Origin: a virus
Length of the DNA: 48,385 nt
Strand: one strand, 5' to 3'
IMG/VR virus record: IMGVR_UViG_3300010033_000002
Span: 1-48,385 of that record
The notes beneath the pieces are model-generated. The model was not told the DNA's origin. It saw only the letters and a list, made by a program, of their open reading frames with translations, and searched no databases. The position numbers and the translations under genes are program-made. Positions 23,712 through 32,186 of this stretch are shown here, piece by piece; position 1 is the first letter of the stretch; each line of letters begins with the position of its first letter.

Positions 23712-23726
23712 CGTGATGTCAAGTAT

Positions 23727-23810
23727 TTATTTGATTTTGTTCATAATATTGTCTGTGGCTGCATTGTAGCTATCAATAGCTTCTTGTGCCAATTGGGCAT
23801 GTCCGGGCAT
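23727..23810 (-). CDS. 27-aa micro-ORF with strong SD (speculative)
   Basis: AAGGAGTAACCAATG. Product MPGHAQLAQEAIDSYNAATDNIMNKIK. Below the ORF-track cutoff. Confidence 0.25.
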   Translation of the reverse strand: MPGHAQLAQEAIDSYNAATDNIMNKIK

Positions 23811-23894
23811 TGGTTACTCCTTATAAATAGTATCTGTTACAGATATAGGCCAACCAATAACACATGTCAAGTATCCATTTGTGGCAGTCCCATT

Positions 23895-23993
23895 AAAATT
23901 TCCATTTTTAAGAACCGTTAAATAGCCCAAATTTTAATTTTCAGAGGACCTGAGTATTAGGGGCAGCATTAGAACATCGGCTCTTAAATCGAA
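23895..23993 (+). promoter_or_regulatory. Late-operon upstream region sharing boxes with 3794-3915
   Basis: AAAATTTCCATTTTTAAGAACCGTTAAATA (23895-23924) resembles AAAATCCATTTTTTCAAAACCGTTAAATC (3794-3822). CGGCTCTTAAATCGAA (23978-23993) resembles the reverse complement of 3895-3915. Confidence 0.45.
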
Positions 23994-24106
23994 TATTTTC
24001 AGAATGTGACTATTATGTAACTATTTTATAGCCACACTGCACAATTTATACCACATGTCAACGATAAACTATTGCAAAGCCTGATTTAATGGTGTAAACT
24101 GTATGC

Positions 24107-24682
24107 ATGGATGCTCTACGTGAAAAATTGGATAGGCTGATTTATCTTGCGTCTGAGTCTCCCTTGTCTGCTGAGGGGGAGCGCGCGGACGAGCTTAATG
24201 CTGAAGTCCGCGCGCTTTTCCCGCTCTTTGACCCCGATAAATCTCACAACGACGAAAAACTAAATGACTATTTCCTTGACGTGTATGGGCACCGCAGGAG
24301 TATTGGTTTGCAAGTATCAGAAGCAGCACAGATGGAAGAGATATCCGGTACGCTAATGTCAATGATGCTACAGGGTGAGGGCCTTAGCCTTGAAAGATTT
24401 GTTGAACTTGCAAAGCGGGAGGTATCCGCCATAGCAACATTCAAGCGCACCAATCTTGAGGCCATAGAAGACCACATCCAGGGCAAGCATAAAGACAGCT
24501 GGAGAGCTGCCATAGCCCTCCTTGAAAAAGTACTGCCTGCACAGTACGGACAACCTCTTGATCTCACTGGAAATGACGAAGAGTCAGAAGTCATCACAGA
24601 AGAAATGTCAGGCAAAGAATCAGGCAATGCGTTTGCAGAGTTCATTAATGGAGTGAATGAAGATGCAGACAACCAAGGTTAA
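24107..24682 (+). CDS. terS: Terminase small subunit (probable)
   Basis: It lies immediately upstream of and overlapping TerL. SWRAAIALLEKVLPAQYG resembles the W.AA.WLLER..P..YG small-terminase motif. Confidence 0.6.
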   Translation: MDALREKLDRLIYLASESPLSAEGERADELNAEVRALFPLFDPDKSHNDEKLNDYFLDVYGHRRSIGLQVSEAAQMEEISGTLMSMMLQGEGLSLERFVELAKREVSAIATFKRTNLEAIEDHIQGKHKDSWRAAIALLEKVLPAQYGQPLDLTGNDEESEVITEEMSGKESGNAFAEFINGVNEDADNQG

Positions 24683-26306
24683 ATGGCCTCCTGATTTCAC
24701 AAAGGAATGGCAACGTAGAGAGACCATATTTAAAAGGCTACGCAATAGCAGAGAACTACAAGCAAGCGCAAAAGCCTACTACGCTGAACGTCCCATTCAA
24801 TTCATATGCGATTTCGGTGTTATCTATGAACCAAGAAACGCTATGAAACAAGCACCCACTTTAATGCCCTTTATGCTGTTTGACAGGCAAAAGGATTTCA
24901 TAACCTTTGTAATGGCCGCATTATATAAAGGCGCAAATGGCCTGTGTGAAAAGTCAAGGGATGTAGGCGCTACATGGCTTTCAGCATGGCTCTCAATATA
25001 CCTGTGGGCATTTGTTCCTGGCTCAAGTGTGGGATGGGGCAGCAAGAAAGCAAAGACCGTTGATACATTAGGCGATCCTGGATCGCTCTTTGAAAAGCTC
25101 AGGATAGGTATCAAGTACCTGCCCTATTGGTTCTTGCCCAAAGGGTGGGACTCAGACAAGCACTCTTTTTACATGAAGATAATCAACCCTGAAACAGGGT
25201 CAACAATCATAGGTGAAGCAGGTAAAAACATTGGGCGTGGGGGCCGTACGTCCATATACTTTAAGGATGAGTCAGCACACTACGAACACGCAGAGTCAAT
25301 AGAGGCCGCACTGTTAGCAAACACTGATGTCCAGATCGATATATCCTCAGTCAATACAATAGGGGGAGTGTTTCACAGAAAGAAACAATCGGGTGTTGTC
25401 TGGAGCAAAGACAAAGACCTTGTTAAAGACGCCACTAACATTTTCATATTTGATTGGCGTGACCACCCTGGTAAGGACCAAAAGTGGTACGATGAGAAAA
25501 GACAAAAGTCTAAGAACGAAGGTATATTGCACGTGTTCGCACGTGAGGTTGACAGGGACTACTCAGCCACATCATTAGGTATTGTCATACCACAAATATG
25601 GGTTAAGGCCGCGATAGATGCTCATAAAGCGATAGGTTTCGATTGTGAAGACGATATAAGCATATCAGGGCTTGACGTTGCAGATGGCGGCTTGGACATG
25701 AATTCCCATGCCAACCGTAAAGGGGTTATACTGCGCCATTGTTCTACATGGTCAGAAGTAGCAGAGGACACTGGAGAAACCGCAAGGATTGCTATATCAG
25801 AAGCTCAAGAGCTTGGAGCAACAGAACTACAGTACGATTCTATAGGCGTAGGGTCTGGTATCAAAGCCGAAGCTAACAGACTCAAAAAAGAAGGCGTGCT
25901 AAAAGAGTCTTCAGGGCTTAGCGTTGTTGCATGGAATGCTGCGAATGACCCATCAGACCCCTACGACTACGTTATACCTGATGATGATTCTTCGCCTACT
26001 AATAAAGAATTCTATGCCAACCTTAAAGCACAAGGTTGGTGGATGTTAAGAAGACGTTTTGAAAAGACTTATAAGGCAGTAGTGAAGGGAGTCAAGTATC
26101 CATACGACGAACTTATCAGCATATCATCTGAACTTGATAGATTGCACGAAATCACAGCACAGTTGTCACAACCCACATACAGTCATGACGGTGTTAAAAA
26201 GCTACTTATAAATAAGACTCCCGACGGCATGTCGTCCCCTAATGATGGTGATGCCATTATGATGTGTTACCACCCAGTCATTGAAGAGGAAATCTTAGTG
26301 TCATGA
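24657..26306 (+). CDS. terL: Terminase large subunit
   Basis: EKSRDVGATWLS is a P-loop-like segment. SIYFKDESAH is Walker B-like. SGLDVADGGLD is the nuclease-domain acidic motif. Size and position fit TerL. Confidence 0.85.
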   Translation: MKMQTTKVKWPPDFTKEWQRRETIFKRLRNSRELQASAKAYYAERPIQFICDFGVIYEPRNAMKQAPTLMPFMLFDRQKDFITFVMAALYKGANGLCEKSRDVGATWLSAWLSIYLWAFVPGSSVGWGSKKAKTVDTLGDPGSLFEKLRIGIKYLPYWFLPKGWDSDKHSFYMKIINPETGSTIIGEAGKNIGRGGRTSIYFKDESAHYEHAESIEAALLANTDVQIDISSVNTIGGVFHRKKQSGVVWSKDKDLVKDATNIFIFDWRDHPGKDQKWYDEKRQKSKNEGILHVFAREVDRDYSATSLGIVIPQIWVKAAIDAHKAIGFDCEDDISISGLDVADGGLDMNSHANRKGVILRHCSTWSEVAEDTGETARIAISEAQELGATELQYDSIGVGSGIKAEANRLKKEGVLKESSGLSVVAWNAANDPSDPYDYVIPDDDSSPTNKEFYANLKAQGWWMLRRRFEKTYKAVVKGVKYPYDELISISSELDRLHEITAQLSQPTYSHDGVKKLLINKTPDGMSSPNDGDAIMMCYHPVIEEEILVS

Positions 26307-26740
26307 TGGACGCGCAACACGTATTGCTCATAATAACGGTGTTGTTTTTGATACTGCAATTCTTGTACCAAGCGTGGTCAAAGAACCAGACACAGAAGGT
26401 ACTTGACTCACACATAGCGCACACTGAGAAAGTTATTAAAGCAAACCAGGAACAAAGTAATGTAATACTCCGCTCAATTGAGGCAGGCGTAAATAGGTTT
26501 GACGAACCTGTTGAACTTACTAAGCGTACATATGGTGTGGTGAGAGAATTAAAAGCCATGCATGAAATACGTGATGAGGACGGGCGACCATTATGGTATA
26601 TGCCAAAGGAAGTTATACAAACTCAGCGTGAACTTGTGCAACTAACAATGACCGTAGCAACAACACAAGAAAAGTTAACGCTTCTTTTGGAACGCCAAGA
26701 AATACATATTAGCTCAATCAAAGAGGGCAGATGCAATTGA
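26303..26740 (+). CDS. N-terminally membrane-anchored coiled-coil protein (i-spanin-like or antiholin-like topology)
   Basis: ATGA overlap with TerL. TM segment VLLIITVLFLILQFLY is followed by a helical, charged region. Confidence 0.7.
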   Translation: MMDAQHVLLIITVLFLILQFLYQAWSKNQTQKVLDSHIAHTEKVIKANQEQSNVILRSIEAGVNRFDEPVELTKRTYGVVRELKAMHEIRDEDGRPLWYMPKEVIQTQRELVQLTMTVATTQEKLTLLLERQEIHISSIKEGRCN

Positions 26741-26760
26741 CATGCCAGTCGTGATTAAAG

Positions 26761-26912
26761 CTAAGTCATGGCTATATTATAACAAATCCCGTTTAAGGGG
26801 GTAAATTTAGCGTTTAACAAAGGTTAGTGCCACATGCGTATGTTTACATTGGAAAAGTCTGAATCAATATGTTACTGATTTGATTGAGCATATTAACATT
26901 AGATAAGTGTAC
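26761..26912 (-). repeat. Copy C of the three-copy intergenic element
   Basis: Its reverse complement begins GTACACTTATCTAATGTTAATAT...AAATCAGTAACATATTGATTCAGACTTTTCCAATGTAAAC and ends ...GTTATAATATAGCCATGAC. On the plus strand, ATATTAACATTAGATAAGTGT ends 35 nt before the ATG at 26946. Confidence 0.7.
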
Positions 26913-26945
26913 GATAATTAAAAATAATTAAGTAAGGAGAGTGTT

Positions 26946-27287
26946 ATGGCAGTTGTAGCGTTAAACAGACGTAGAGATGGCAAGCCCGGAGGGACATTAA
27001 GGTTGTTAACAACGGCGGCAGCAGGCATGTCTGATGCTGTTCAGATTTTCAGTTTGCCATCAGGCAAGTGCATAACTGTTACCCTGATGCCATCAACGAG
27101 TACTGCAAAGGTACAGTTTTCCACCAGCCCTGATGAACTTGTAGAGAATGACACAGCCAATTGGCACGACTGGGCAGCAGGGGATGTTACTGCCACAACT
27201 ACGTCGGCTTTTGCCTCACAGGTGACTGCGTTGCGGTCTGTGGTGGTTTCTGGTACTGCCGACATTATAATGGAGGTTGTAGTGTGA
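26946..27287 (+). CDS. Small beta-rich protein, distant paralog of 36706..37098
   Basis: SD AAGGAGAGTGTTATG. STAKVQFSTSPDE...W.DW parallels FTAKLQHSPDNSTWTD in the head-proximal gene. Confidence 0.75.
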   Translation: MAVVALNRRRDGKPGGTLRLLTTAAAGMSDAVQIFSLPSGKCITVTLMPSTSTAKVQFSTSPDELVENDTANWHDWAAGDVTATTTSAFASQVTALRSVVVSGTADIIMEVVV

Positions 27288-27460
27288 GCCTTGAAAATGC
27301 ATTAGAAATAACCTTAGAGCAAAGCCTTGAAACAGGTTTAGAACAAAAATACTCAGGCTCAACCCCTACACCCCGCCCGAGTCCATGGATACTTGAAACA
27401 GGTAGATGGAATGATGATGGCATATGGGTTGATACAGAGACTTGGAGGGACACACCATGA
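27284..27460 (+). CDS. 58-aa Trp-rich small protein (GTG start)
   Basis: GGAGG lies 7 nt upstream of the GTG at 27284. GTGTGA overlaps the upstream stop, and its own stop overlaps the next ATG (ATGA). Confidence 0.45.
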   Translation: MSLENALEITLEQSLETGLEQKYSGSTPTPRPSPWILETGRWNDDGIWVDTETWRDTP

Positions 27461-30400
27461 AACGCGCTTTACTTGCACTAACATTTTTACTTTTGCTGTG
27501 CTCAAATGCTTACGCAATTGACGCTATTCAGCCCAATGAAACCGGGCTTTCAGCACGAACAAAAATCAATGAAGCTTTTGGAGACATAACAGACCTTAAA
27601 GCTACAGCACCGACCACAGAACAAAAAACTATCCTGGGCTATCTGACTGATGAGACGGATGTTGTTAACTCATCCAAGGCTTTCAGGTTTCCACCTGGTA
27701 CTGTATATGTAGGTCAGACAGGTGTTAATACTGCTGTAATGGCACTTGGTGTCAGGAATGATCACACCGGTGATACCAGCATAGTTATTGCACAGGATTA
27801 CACAGGCACAGGGTTTGAAAATGCCTATGTTTACAGAACTGTAGCAGCAGATACAGTACCGTTGAATGATCCGGCAGGAACTGATGTTGCAAACACAGCG
27901 CAGTTTACAGCAACGACAACTGCTGATGAACTTATCCATACCGTAACAGTTGCAACAAATCAAGCTGATACAGCCGTAACATTTGATGTTACCTTAAGGC
28001 TTAACAGCCATACGGGCATGGAGATATTTGAGTTTGCAGGGAACTTGACCACTGATGCCACAGGACTTGCAACACTAAATCTCAGGACGAGCGGAAACCC
28101 TGTTATTGTTGATAACGCCACAACACTCTATGTCACTATCAATTGCTCAGGCATGTTAGGCCGTACAGTGGGTATGTCTTTTGTACCCAACTTGACTATT
28201 CACAGGGTACAGCTTGCCAGGAGTGACATAACAACTGCTGACAATATAATCACGCAACTTCAAGCCAAGACAGGCGATGACAGGTTAGATGCATCGGCCA
28301 TAAAGAACCTGCCTTCTACTGGTGCATACCTTACAAGCACAAGAGTTCCGACCGGTGTAGTATCAGGAACATGGACACAGGTTGATTTCAACGGTGTTCA
28401 CTTCCTGGCAGATAATACAGTAACAACATTTGCCGCCGGAGCCGCTGCCACTTTTGGCAGCGACACATTCTTCGCCGTTACCAACAATAACACGGCTAAT
28501 ATCACGTTTGATCTCAGCGCTCATGCTGCCACATTCAGTGGCAGTGAAAGTGGAAATACGGACACGATAAACGCCGGTACGACTACTGTGTACTATCATG
28601 ATAACGGCAGTCTTGCTCCGATATCCAATTACAATGAGGCCACAGGCACGGGTGGCGCAAGTGGAGACCATCCCGTGGTGCTCACCAGGGACACACCATC
28701 ATTGGCTGACCTTGGAACAATAGCCGGTGAAAGTGTCGGGGACAATTCGGGCTTATGGCTTGTAGCAAGTGACCAGATCTCAAGCATTGAAACAAACGTT
28801 GATAGCAGTATTATGATAAGGTCTTTGCGCTCAGGTATACTTGATGCCAATGGCGCGGAGATATCCACAACGGCTGTGCAGAAATCGGGTGTGATACTTG
28901 CAGGTGGTACAGTTGTAAGAGTGTTTAGCGCTACTGATTTGCGTGTAGTGTCAGGTCCTCTTATGGCAGCAGGTTCAAGGTATCCCGATATACCTGTCGT
29001 AACGTCGCCTTTAAGCCTTGTTGGTAATCAGATCATATATAACACCTATCGTAACCGCACCCTTGTATTGTCTGATTCCACAGGCACATTTTCTGTGTAC
29101 CTACCAAGTCTGCAAAATGCTCTTGACTTGTCATACCTGGATCGTAACGACGTATTTGCTTTTCGTAATGACACACCTAATGATGCTGTGTTTCGTATCA
29201 GGACCTTTCAGGTTGGTACATTTTTCAGCAGCGGAGGGCAAACTATAGACCTCAGCGCAGGCCAAACCCTTGTTGTTTCTCCTGCGCCGTCTGGTGCAGT
29301 ATGGCAGGTTTTAGCACTGGGTCAAAATTCCGATATAAACACTGAAACAATTACACTGAATACGGACTGGTATAGAGATGAAGCCGACGCCACAGCGGCA
29401 GACAATAGTGTCAGGTTACATTACAATCAGACAATTGAAAGTGGACTTGTCAGGGACCACATACTTGTAGACGATACAGGGCACACCAACAATCCGATAT
29501 CACTGAGATTTCAGCATAGGAATGTACAGGATGATATTGCTTGGATTCAGTGGTGGACAACCTGGGATTCAAGCGTACCCTCGTTAGGAGGCACCGTTGA
29601 AGAGATTGAAGCCAATATACCAACTGCATTGACCTATATAAACAGCAACATCGCATCTGGATTTGACTTTGAAATAGCCGCGCCTGACAGTGTATTGTCA
29701 ATACAGAGCATCGGATGGATATCAGGTAATGAGGTCAGGATCACGTTACACTCTGCCTTTATATCTCCAAGTTTCACAGTAAATCATCCTGTCAGGATAA
29801 ATGGAGCCACAAACAGTGTTCATAATGGCGTGTTTCTTATTGACAGCATTGGTACAACAGGAAGTAACATAACCATACATATTACTAATCCCGGTGTCAC
29901 TGATGGCACTACTGACGAGACAGCCGGTGGTTTTGTTGATGTTCCGGTTTATGCTGATGTTGTGTTTATCTCAAATGACCTCAGACAGGTGAATTTTAAC
30001 CTGTATAAAGACAGCGCAAGGACGAGTTTATGGACCACTATAAACTCCGATTGGTTTGACCCTGAGCACACTGGCGGGTCAAGTGTGTTGTCCATAGGCT
30101 ACAATACTGACATTCAGACACTTGGTTCTCAACTTGCCTTGCAAGACGATGCCGGGGACTGGTTTTCTGTTAAGGGTGGTCCACGCAATACGGTTGGCCT
30201 GCTGGATAACAGAACAAGCTATGTCAGTTCAGGGGTGTACACAAATCCGAGCCATGAGGTTATAAACATTGACACTCTTGGCATAGGCACATTTTATATA
30301 CCTGAGCACCCCAACCACCTTGAACCAGGAGAATCAAGAGTATATAGGATTCATGCCTACTCTACAAACGGAGGAAATGACACCACTGTGACGGCAGGCT

Positions 30401-31041
30401 CAATAGGCCAGCCCATAACATTTGACGAAGGTTTTCTTGGATTTGATATACTGCCTGGTAACTTTGGCGTATTCGAGCTTTACAATGATGGCACAACAAG
30501 TGGCGTCAGGATACTGTCGCCTGTAAGTAAATCCTCATCATCAACCACGTTGTACACTACGGCATCAGAGGCCAGTGTGGCTAACACTGACCCATTACCC
30601 ATGTCGTTTATTGACTTAATCAGCTCACAAAATGAGGACATAAACAGCAGGTTTTTTGCATTTGGGAGTCCGGCTGATTCTATCAACATGAGGGCAAATG
30701 CGGATTATACATTTGTGGGGTCTGTTGAAGTGTTGTTTAACGGTACAGAGGGTACAGGTATGCTATTTGTCCCTGTGACTCTGATGCCCATAATCAATGG
30801 TGATGACAAGGAGGAATTTGCCCATACTGTGAGTTTGGTCTTTTCAAGGAATGGTCAGACAGGTAGCTCAGCACCTAAGTTTTCACACACTTTGAAGGTA
30901 GCTTTTGAATGGCAGGGCAGTGTGAATGATACGCTATTTTACGATGTAAGGTTCGGAACATTTCCGGCAGGTTATGACCGGAGTGATATACAGGTTAGAA
31001 ACTGGAAGTTTTCCCAAACTGCGGAACTTAATTTAGACTAA
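27457..31041 (+). CDS. Giant (1194 aa) Thr/Ser/Asn/Gly-rich fibre/adhesin-like protein with a Sec-type signal peptide
   Basis: The start is chosen at the ATGA-coupled ATG. The N-terminus MKRALLALTFLLLLCSNAYA|ID is a canonical n-h-c signal ending in AxA. SARTKINEAFGDITDL resembles N-terminal motifs of phage fibres. Confidence 0.8.
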   Translation: MKRALLALTFLLLLCSNAYAIDAIQPNETGLSARTKINEAFGDITDLKATAPTTEQKTILGYLTDETDVVNSSKAFRFPPGTVYVGQTGVNTAVMALGVRNDHTGDTSIVIAQDYTGTGFENAYVYRTVAADTVPLNDPAGTDVANTAQFTATTTADELIHTVTVATNQADTAVTFDVTLRLNSHTGMEIFEFAGNLTTDATGLATLNLRTSGNPVIVDNATTLYVTINCSGMLGRTVGMSFVPNLTIHRVQLARSDITTADNIITQLQAKTGDDRLDASAIKNLPSTGAYLTSTRVPTGVVSGTWTQVDFNGVHFLADNTVTTFAAGAAATFGSDTFFAVTNNNTANITFDLSAHAATFSGSESGNTDTINAGTTTVYYHDNGSLAPISNYNEATGTGGASGDHPVVLTRDTPSLADLGTIAGESVGDNSGLWLVASDQISSIETNVDSSIMIRSLRSGILDANGAEISTTAVQKSGVILAGGTVVRVFSATDLRVVSGPLMAAGSRYPDIPVVTSPLSLVGNQIIYNTYRNRTLVLSDSTGTFSVYLPSLQNALDLSYLDRNDVFAFRNDTPNDAVFRIRTFQVGTFFSSGGQTIDLSAGQTLVVSPAPSGAVWQVLALGQNSDINTETITLNTDWYRDEADATAADNSVRLHYNQTIESGLVRDHILVDDTGHTNNPISLRFQHRNVQDDIAWIQWWTTWDSSVPSLGGTVEEIEANIPTALTYINSNIASGFDFEIAAPDSVLSIQSIGWISGNEVRITLHSAFISPSFTVNHPVRINGATNSVHNGVFLIDSIGTTGSNITIHITNPGVTDGTTDETAGGFVDVPVYADVVFISNDLRQVNFNLYKDSARTSLWTTINSDWFDPEHTGGSSVLSIGYNTDIQTLGSQLALQDDAGDWFSVKGGPRNTVGLLDNRTSYVSSGVYTNPSHEVINIDTLGIGTFYIPEHPNHLEPGESRVYRIHAYSTNGGNDTTVTAGSIGQPITFDEGFLGFDILPGNFGVFELYNDGTTSGVRILSPVSKSSSSTTLYTTASEASVANTDPLPMSFIDLISSQNEDINSRFFAFGSPADSINMRANADYTFVGSVEVLFNGTEGTGMLFVPVTLMPIINGDDKEEFAHTVSLVFSRNGQTGSSAPKFSHTLKVAFEWQGSVNDTLFYDVRFGTFPAGYDRSDIQVRNWKFSQTAELNLD

Positions 31042-31051
31042 GGAGGCAGAC

Positions 31052-31399
31052 ATGATTAAACGTTTTATGAACCCTATTACAGTATTCGTGGTTATATTTT
31101 CACTGCTGGTGTTAACGTACATTTCCGTTGCAGAACAGCCAAGGGCTAAGGGCCAGTTTGTTCAGGCTGGTATGATATGCCTGTACCCAACAAACGGTGT
31201 AAGCGTATATTCACATGATGGTACATTGTCCCTTGACACTGTTTACTTGCAATCTGAATATCCTGTATTGTTCCAGGTTATTGGCACGGATTACAATGAT
31301 GCATCTAAAGGCGATGATCCATTGACGCAGTTTCGCACTCCGCCTGCGAGTGACTTCCCAGCCTTGCCTGGCAATGCAGAATGGAGGATACGCTTTTGA
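31052..31399 (+). CDS. Signal-peptide/anchor protein with phage tail-collar (MdpB-like) domain
   Basis: PITVFVVIFSLLVLTYISVA|EQ is a hydrophobic leader. SEYPVLFQVIGTDYND...TQFRTPP resembles the Collar-domain core yP.LF..iG..YG...F.lP. Confidence 0.6.
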   Translation: MIKRFMNPITVFVVIFSLLVLTYISVAEQPRAKGQFVQAGMICLYPTNGVSVYSHDGTLSLDTVYLQSEYPVLFQVIGTDYNDASKGDDPLTQFRTPPASDFPALPGNAEWRIRF

Positions 31400-31596
31400 A
31401 TAAGCTACAGATGTCAACAACGGCAGGTATCGGCGGAGTAGTTGCGGCCCTTGGCATGGTCTCTGATTTGTTCGTGGGCTACAACGTATCGGAGTTATGG
31501 CAGGCTATATTGACCATACCAATATCGGAGGCCATGACCGCATTTTCCATGCTGGCCGCGTCCATTTTTGCCGTGCTTTTTAATGAGGAAAAATAA
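31381..31596 (+). CDS. Small two-TM protein (holin-like); start uncertain
   Basis: TM segments GIGGVVAALGMVSDLFV and AMTAFSMLAASIFAVLF. An alternative start is at 31411. No clear SD. Confidence 0.45.
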   Translation: MEDTLLNKLQMSTTAGIGGVVAALGMVSDLFVGYNVSELWQAILTIPISEAMTAFSMLAASIFAVLFNEEK

Positions 31597-31661
31597 CAAT
31601 AAAACATTGATTTTATTCCAGATTTCTGATAACTATATTAATATACCCGGAGGAAATCCCA

Positions 31662-32186
31662 ATGCTTAAACGCCATATCGAATATGTACAGTTCCAAGGC
31701 ATCAGCACCATGTCAAAGCTGATTAAAAAATGGACACGCGACAATGATTCTCATTCAGCGGTGCTGGATCGTGAACGCATGTCACATGAACAACTCATTG
31801 AGCAATGGCCTCATGAAGGAGGGTTTAAAAGCTGGATGGACTACAATTCCTTTAGCCCTGGACACACAACGGGCACACCTTATCAGGTGTGGAGTCTAAA
31901 GGTGGAACCCCACGTCTATGACTATGTTATGGGCAAATACCGGGAATCAGCAGACAACAAGAAGCCCTACGACTGGTCAGGCATTAAGGCCTTTGCTCTT
32001 AAAGGTGAGGATAACCCCGAACAGACATTTTGCTCTGAGGAAATGTCAACACATCTCATCCAGGCCATGGCTAATGAAGGTCAGGATCATTGGAGCCTCA
32101 TTGACCCGGCTGTAGTTCATCCAGGCTACTGGAGAAACATACTCATTGCAATGGGCGCACAGCCTACCATTAAGGGTGTCGTATGA
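31662..32186 (+). CDS. Permuted NlpC/P60-superfamily (YiiX-like) cell-wall peptidase or amidase (probable)
   Basis: SD GGAGGA. MSKLIKKWTRDNDSHSAVL supplies the His first, then YDWSGI...FCSEEMSTHLIQA supplies the Cys. This order fits the circularly permuted papain-like fold. Confidence 0.5.
   Translation: MLKRHIEYVQFQGISTMSKLIKKWTRDNDSHSAVLDRERMSHEQLIEQWPHEGGFKSWMDYNSFSPGHTTGTPYQVWSLKVEPHVYDYVMGKYRESADNKKPYDWSGIKAFALKGEDNPEQTFCSEEMSTHLIQAMANEGQDHWSLIDPAVVHPGYWRNILIAMGAQPTIKGVV

Noticed and set aside
22945-23921. Four long alternative-frame ORFs (22945-23256 +, 22990-23262 -, 23057-23467 +, 23307-23921 +) around the GC-rich gene.
   Set aside because: They overlap each other and the SD-supported gene 23099-23635, and none has a ribosome-binding site. 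Their products are Arg/Pro/Ser/Gly-rich, as expected for off-frame translation of GC-rich DNA.
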